Part shown: one piece after another, positions 57,618-64,000 of the stretch | How positions within the stretch are numbered: the first letter of the stretch is position 1 | How the letters are laid out: each line of letters begins with the position of its first letter | Assembly (NCBI GenBank): GCA_976226885.1 | Contig: OZ320314.1 | Location: 51,274,001 to 51,338,000 of the forward strand | From: Iphione sp. A-MEVVRFRX5 | Lineage: Eukaryota | Reading direction: 5' to 3' | DNA length: 64,000 nucleotides | Translations under genes and position numbers: made by a program | The notes under the pieces: model-generated | Seen by the model: only the letters and a program-made list of their open reading frames with translations | Database searches by the model: none | Told to the model about the DNA's origin: nothing

Positions 57618-60600
57618 GGACATTTTCCAGCTATTTCACTTTCTTTATTGTACACACAGTTCGGTTCAAAAATATCTTTACACATGGACAGTGTTAATTA
57701 TTAGGACTAGTAAAAGGATGTTTTGTGTTTCCGGTAACCCTACCGAACCTACATTAGAGCCAATTTTATCTGTTTATGTTTTCTTGTTTTCTGAATATCC
57801 CCAGACTGAATAGGGATAGAGACATAATTTATATACCATTCTCTTTCGTATGAACTTAGCTTTCAATTAATATATGTTTCAGTAAAATATAAGTAGTAGA
57901 GGCGATACTGCCATGTACATGTGTAGCTACCAGTATGAATCAACACTGATTTTTCAGGTTGTTACTGGAAACACAGAACTTCTTTTTTCCCTTATATGAA
58001 TTTGTGCACCGTAAACAAATAGAGATATTACATACTACAGTGGATCACAATGAAACCAGGGTATTGCAAGTGAAATAGAAAGCAGTATTGATAATGCTTT
58101 GTGCATGAGTATGTCGTCCGAGCAATGAGTTGGTCTGACGCATGAAAATGTACCAGCTTCTTGCAGATGCTTTCAGGTTGCTGTGGAATAGCATAAAGAA
58201 TAGAACAGTAATAATGTGACATACTTCCCGATGCGTTGACCTTGAAATACGTAGGTCTACTTACAAATTTCAACATTCGTGGACCCCAGAGTAATTTTGG
58301 ATTTAATTTGAAATGGAATTTAACGAGGCGGTCTCGAAATACTGTTCCTATCCCATCTTTACGCTAGATTATTTGATATGCAGCAGGAAATGATTGAAAG
58401 TAAAATTGGTATTCATGTGATGGAGTATTTATATTTGCATATGGATGAAAATAGCTTGTCACAAGAGCAATCTAATTACTTTGTAGATATCACCATGAGG
58501 CCTGTAAGGAAGGAGCTAAGGGGCTCCCCTGACGCCTTCCCCTCCCCCAATGCTCAACACAGAGCAGTTGAGACGCAACCGAATATAAAAAAACATTTCC
58601 TTTTAAATGATGAATTTAGATTACTAAAGAGTTCCACTCAAACCAGAAAGACGACCCCTCCATCAAGACAAGAATGTATGTCAACAGTGGAACTAAATGG
58701 AACTCCCGTCTCCAATTGAAGATGCACGTGGCATGAAAATGACGCAGCCCTTGACCCAGTTTATCTTAAGGGGATTATAAACAGTTGCAAATGTGATGAT
58801 TACACCGCCCCTTCCCCAGTCAGCGGACCAGACATTTAGAAATTAACTCATATCGTCCTTGTACTATTCCTACTCTGAATTCACCTTAAGTACTGTAACT
58901 TGCGTAATAAGTCAGACACATAGTATGTGAATAGATGTTCATTCTCGATAATTCTGGCATTCACCTTTGTCATTCGATGTTTCAGGTGAACACTTATTAG
59001 GCAATGTGACCTAGCACCGATGAGTGAAATCTCTACCGTGATTGATATGTTTCTCGTTTGTCGTTACGTTGCATTAATAAAGTCCTCTTAAGAGCTAAGA
59101 AGTTTGGATACATTGATTTTGTTTTTTAAAAATGAAACGGAATACAGTATAGGGTTATGTTTGTCTAGTATCATGTACTGATTTCACTCAAAACAATGAC
59201 ATTATAATGTCCTTGCATATATTGCGGAGCATACGTTCACCTATAATGGAGACTTGGGAAGTTCGTCATGGTAGAAGGGGATTACAATTTCACAGATGCA
59301 ACCCAAAGGAGTTCCACACGGGGAAGAACGAGGAGCGAAATGTTAATCAAGCTAACGTCTATTACGTACATAGTTTTCTTTCTTCTCTAAAAGTGTTTGG
59401 TAATATCTTAGTCATGATTCCGGTCTCTTCCTCCTTTCTCCAGAACCCATCATAACGAAAAAATACACCTAAAGGAATACCGATACTGAGTTTGTTAAGC
59501 GTGAGGTTAAAACAATACAATAAATGTACTACTTAAATACTACAATAACAATGTTGTATATACATGTAGGCCCCCCAGCAAAGCCTCAAGAAGCTCATCA
59601 TCTGCATAGGGAGATCTTTCCCTGGAGATTAACAGAAGCCATACAAATAGTTAATGTCGTACAAGTGTAAACCTTTTCTGCACATTGCATAGGCTGGAAT
59701 GAATTCATTTTATAAAGTGGTGATACAAGACATACAGCCTGCTACTCTATAAAAATCCATAACAATGAATACAGTCGGTACGAATTTCATGAAACACTGC
59801 ATACAAGATATGAAATCCATTTCCAACGAAGTAACAACGCTCAAAGTGTCAGACTATGAGGTCTGTGCACAATCAGTATTAACAATCAGTAAACTAAAAC
59901 ATCTATCTATATGTAAAATCTTAAAGTATAACGTTAACGTTTTTAAAGACACATTTACCTGAATACTGGTCACCTGTGTTAATTACTGTCATATATTCTG
60001 TCAACATGTATAGTTGTAACAAACAATTCCGATTACGCTTTCTCCTCTAGGCAAAGACAATACAATATTACGAAAATATGTTTTTCTCCCTTCTGCAGGC
60101 AGGCAGGACAAGTTGAACCTATGCCCACTTTCCATGTTTACGTTTCTTTCTATACTACATGGTTGTCATTTTCTGCATTTCTGTAGAAAGGTGCCTTCTA
60201 TGTGTAAGGGGAGAGGCAGGGGGAGGCACAAAAGGGTCTAGAGAGAGGCAAGGTAGAGCTGGGGAGAGGCCTCATAGCTGCAGGGTGATGGGAAGGGTGA
60301 CAGGCAGGGTGACAGTTGGGGCGACAGACAGGGTGATGGATGGGGTGCAAATGATATCCAAATTAGATCATATTTTACAACATCTTATAATCATATGTCA
60401 GACAGTTTCTTTTAGTTTTCTCCTGAGAAAAAATGTCAGTTCCCTAGCTTACTGGTCCATGCGTCTCTGTGGTCAGAAAAAAAAAGGAACCTGGTCTGTT
60501 TTCGAACCAGGATACCTCCGGACCACAGACCACAGACCAGGTACACATGGAAACACTCTGTTAAGGGTCATGGTTTCATGTCTTCCTGGGGCACGGAGCA

Positions 60601-63600
60601 TGGGCTCCAGAAGACATTTCTGTACACATGGAAAGTGGGCCTTACATTAAGACACGAGCACGGTAAAACAGCCAGGCTTTGCACGGTGCTCAGCACACTG
60701 AATGCTACAGGCATACATGGAAATCAAGCCCGCTCACTGTATGATTCCCAACTAAAACTAAATCCAAACAAAATGACAAGAAATGATCTTCCTTTGTATT
60801 TCAAGTCCTAACTGTATATGCAAAACCGACAAAATTGAAATAAGTTAGGTTAATTGCTCCATGGAGTAGACAAAGATATATTGGTACCAATTGCATGAGT
60901 AGGAATGTTGTGCGTCCAACCTTTCAGCAATTTTATTGACAATTCCACGACTTTCATTAGGTCTCTCGCCAATGTAATACATATACATGTATTAAAACCC
61001 TTTCTCGACAAGATGCAGGAGTATAATTATATAGAAGAAATAATACTATCGCTTCGACAAGCGATATCAAAATGTAGCATAGTGTTATCCTGCTTGGTCG
61101 GATATATTGATATGTATACAATATATGTCTTAACTCTGTGTTAGAAACATTTCTTATACATAATTCTTTTTCCTTTTCTGGGATATTTCTCACAAACGAC
61201 TTTAGCATTTCACTCTTGGTCCCTTGATTCAGGAATGGTCAGCATCTACACCCCACGCAAAAGTTTCCACCGGGGTTGAAAATTGGATTATGGTGTTGCC
61301 TAGATCATTTACCCATTTCCCTCTAAGTCACTATTAAATAGTTGTCAATTATGAACATGGATAAAATCAATGTAATTACATTTAGTGATCGTACAGAACT
61401 GTACGGTCGTACCTCATGATCTTTCGTGTTGCAAATTTTGATTTTAAGCATATTTAATTTTTCAGAGCTTTAAAGCTGCAGTGAGGTACCTGTATTACAG
61501 AACCAACGTACAAAAAAGGTGTAAGCTGTTACTATCTCAAACATGTACTGACTATTCCTTGTTTTAGTCAGTTTTAATTTAGTTAAAATTTCCAAATCGT
61601 ATTCAGAATCCCCCAACACTACCATTACTGGTTTTTATATTGTCCACTAGCTGTCCTCATTTACCTTTATTGACCCCTTCAATGAAAAAATACGTTGTCC
61701 AATCGGGCTCAAAGTTCGAAAACAGAATTAATCTCTGTGGCCACTCTTGACAATGCACGTTGTCCCCTAAACAGGAAGTCATGTATTTTAAAACGACCTT
61801 TACTCCTGTCATATATATGAACGGTGGGCCACTACAAACTCTGACACAACTCTAGGAGTATCAGTGTTACTATAAGAAAGTAAGATTGGTGGATGTTTTA
61901 CGAAATAGGATACAAGCTATTTAAGGGAAAACGGACTTGGTCTTCCATAGTATGCCTTGCTTTTTCATTATTGTGATCATCATTTGCGTTTTCTGTGCGG
62001 CGGAATGGAATACTCTGTCTACTCAGGTTCGGAGTTTGGCATTTGCATTTGTACTGGGCTCCACAGAAAATGGTTCCAGCCTTAGTTGAAAAGACCCTGC
62101 GTCCTTTTCCTTAACATATATACATCCACTGAGAAATACAGTAGTCTCTCACGTTCAAGTCAAGCCAGCAGTGTGGCCAGATGCCGTATCTGGGCATGTT
62201 TTAACAAGCTGATCGGCACAGTGCAGCACTCATAACCAGCAATAAACTTTCGTGATTTAGTAGTGATGACTGTAATTTAGACTCATACCGCTCTAAGCGT
62301 ACAAGCACTCACATTGGTTTACATGCTCTACAAATTCGAACATAACCGAAGTAAGTGTGTCTACATAGGCGGTCGGCCATCATCAACTAGGTTTTTGTCA
62401 CAACATATCCAATCTGCTTGAAAAGGGTACATTTTTTTAGGGTTCATAGTGAATTTTGGCCTAAAATAATGTTTTATCTTATGTTAAAACATGGGAATAT
62501 GGCAAACATCAACGGGTATATATGACAATTAATTCAGAAGTGTGACCAAGAACTAATAGCTCGTCGTTGTGTTCCTTGTTTTGCACCAAGTTATTAAGTG
62601 GACAGTCCGCATAGTGGTCTTTTAAGTCATTTTGCAACGTAAGGATATTTAAGCAAGCAATCATGGGTCTTACAGTAGGGAAATGTCAGCAGCGATGCTA
62701 ATCCGGTGATAATTTTGCACCCCATATGTACATTACCGGAACATCAGCTGCAAACATCCGGGAAGCAGACTGTCATTGGTCCAATTTTGGCAATCAATGG
62801 ATTGCCTGTGACTCCTGCACTAGATTGATGTCTTCACGTTTTCCAATATCAAATCGTTTCAAAGTACTTATATTCATAACGATTAAGAATAATGCTAATA
62901 ATCTCGAATTGACAGAAATACTATATGCTTCCACTCAGTTTTGGCTGGTTCCTGGCCTGGGGCATTCCCATACGTGCAGTGTACAATCCCGGTTAGGTGC
63001 TGACATGGTTGTATTTCCCGAACAGACACACCTGAATTGAAGGGTGCCAGGTATACGAGGATGGTTCCGACGATCCAGGAAGGTGCGGCCCCCTGTCCTC
63101 GTCGAGCACTCCGCCCCCGTAATGAACCATTCCTGTTGGAAGAGAAGGATTTGCTGACAAGAATTCAAGTAGACAGGTTGTGAGTAGTGAGCGTACATAA
63201 AGAGGCAGTAAAAAGAGCTGTGATAGGAATGTAATAAAGAGCCTAAAAGTAAAGAGGCAGTTAAAAGGGGCTAGATAAAGGTTTCAGAGTTTAAAAGAAA
63301 GACCCCATCAGCTGTGGTAAGGAATAATTAAATTTATTTTAATATACATATATAATGTTGTGAAAAGACAAGTTCAGTCGAGAGAAAGCAGACAGTTCTT
63401 ATTGAGGTAGTGAAGAGAGAGAAAGCGTGAATACCAGTAGTGACCAGTGAGTTCCAACAGGGGTAGATAGGGATGGATGAGAATACATGTATTATTGTGA
63501 GGTAGGGGCAAAAAGTGATTTCGTGGTTTCCTAACACACATGTGGCACTGGCCACAATTACACATTTAATATTATGCCTTTAGGTAGAATAAAATGTACA

Positions 63601-64000
63601 TCTGTATATAGTAATGTGGGCCTTAAACCTAAATAGCAAAATTTTGTCATACAAATATTTGTAGTCATGAAGACTGTGATAACAATAAAACGGTTTAAAA
63701 CGTAATATTTATGGCCTTAAGCACATTATTAAAGCATTATCAAACGTCCTTAACACATAACAACGCATGAAAACATTTGAATACAGTTTCTAGAACGTGT
63801 TAACAGATTTTTGGATAATATTTTCACAATGTTTTCATAAAGCTCCAGGGGAACATTTTTTATCATTATGTTTTGATAATGAATCTTAGACCGATCCAAA
63901 GTCCTGCCTTAAAATCTACGAACTTGTTTAAAGGTTTCTAAAATGATTTATGCTTCCTGGAATAGTAATATTATGATATGTAATGGATGTCTAGTGATCG

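Noticed and set aside
62726-62830. PHD-finger-like WIACDSC
   Set aside because: Other zinc ligands are missing or mis-spaced; likely chance.

Overview
Eukaryotic (invertebrate-type; lophotrochozoan is an inference) genomic DNA with GT-AG introns, about 39% GC. There are two host genes. The first is the 5' part of the autophagy gene EPG5 (minus strand, exons 1-8, ATG at 9821, running off the left edge). The second is a complete vWA-vWA-vWA-MAM extracellular protein gene (plus strand, 14 exons, 29864-56750, 750 codons in one frame). Two young, nearly intact retroelements dominate the rest. (1) A 4.3-kb Ngaro-like tyrosine-recombinase retrotransposon (10272-14582) has identical split direct repeats A1..B1A2..B2 and sits 450 bp upstream of EPG5. 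One splice donor and two phase-matched acceptors could make Gag, RT-RNase H and recombinase share one 113-aa N-terminus. (2) A 6.5-kb CR1/L2-group LINE (minus strand, about 36145-42645) lies in an intron of the vWA gene and is the most unusual object here. ORF1 carries a C-terminal NADAR (YbiA-like) domain, a separate SGNH esterase ORF lies between ORF1 and APE-RT, and full 3' splice sites precede the downstream ORFs. Its non-coding spacer holds five regularly spaced bulged hairpins with compensatory changes that pair only on the element's sense strand. Also present are MITEs of several superfamilies, a tRNA-derived SINE nested in a decayed RNase H-bearing LINE, microsatellites, and tandem echoes of exon 3' ends in both host genes. 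All calls were made by eye from motifs; no database search was run, so novelty is unverified.
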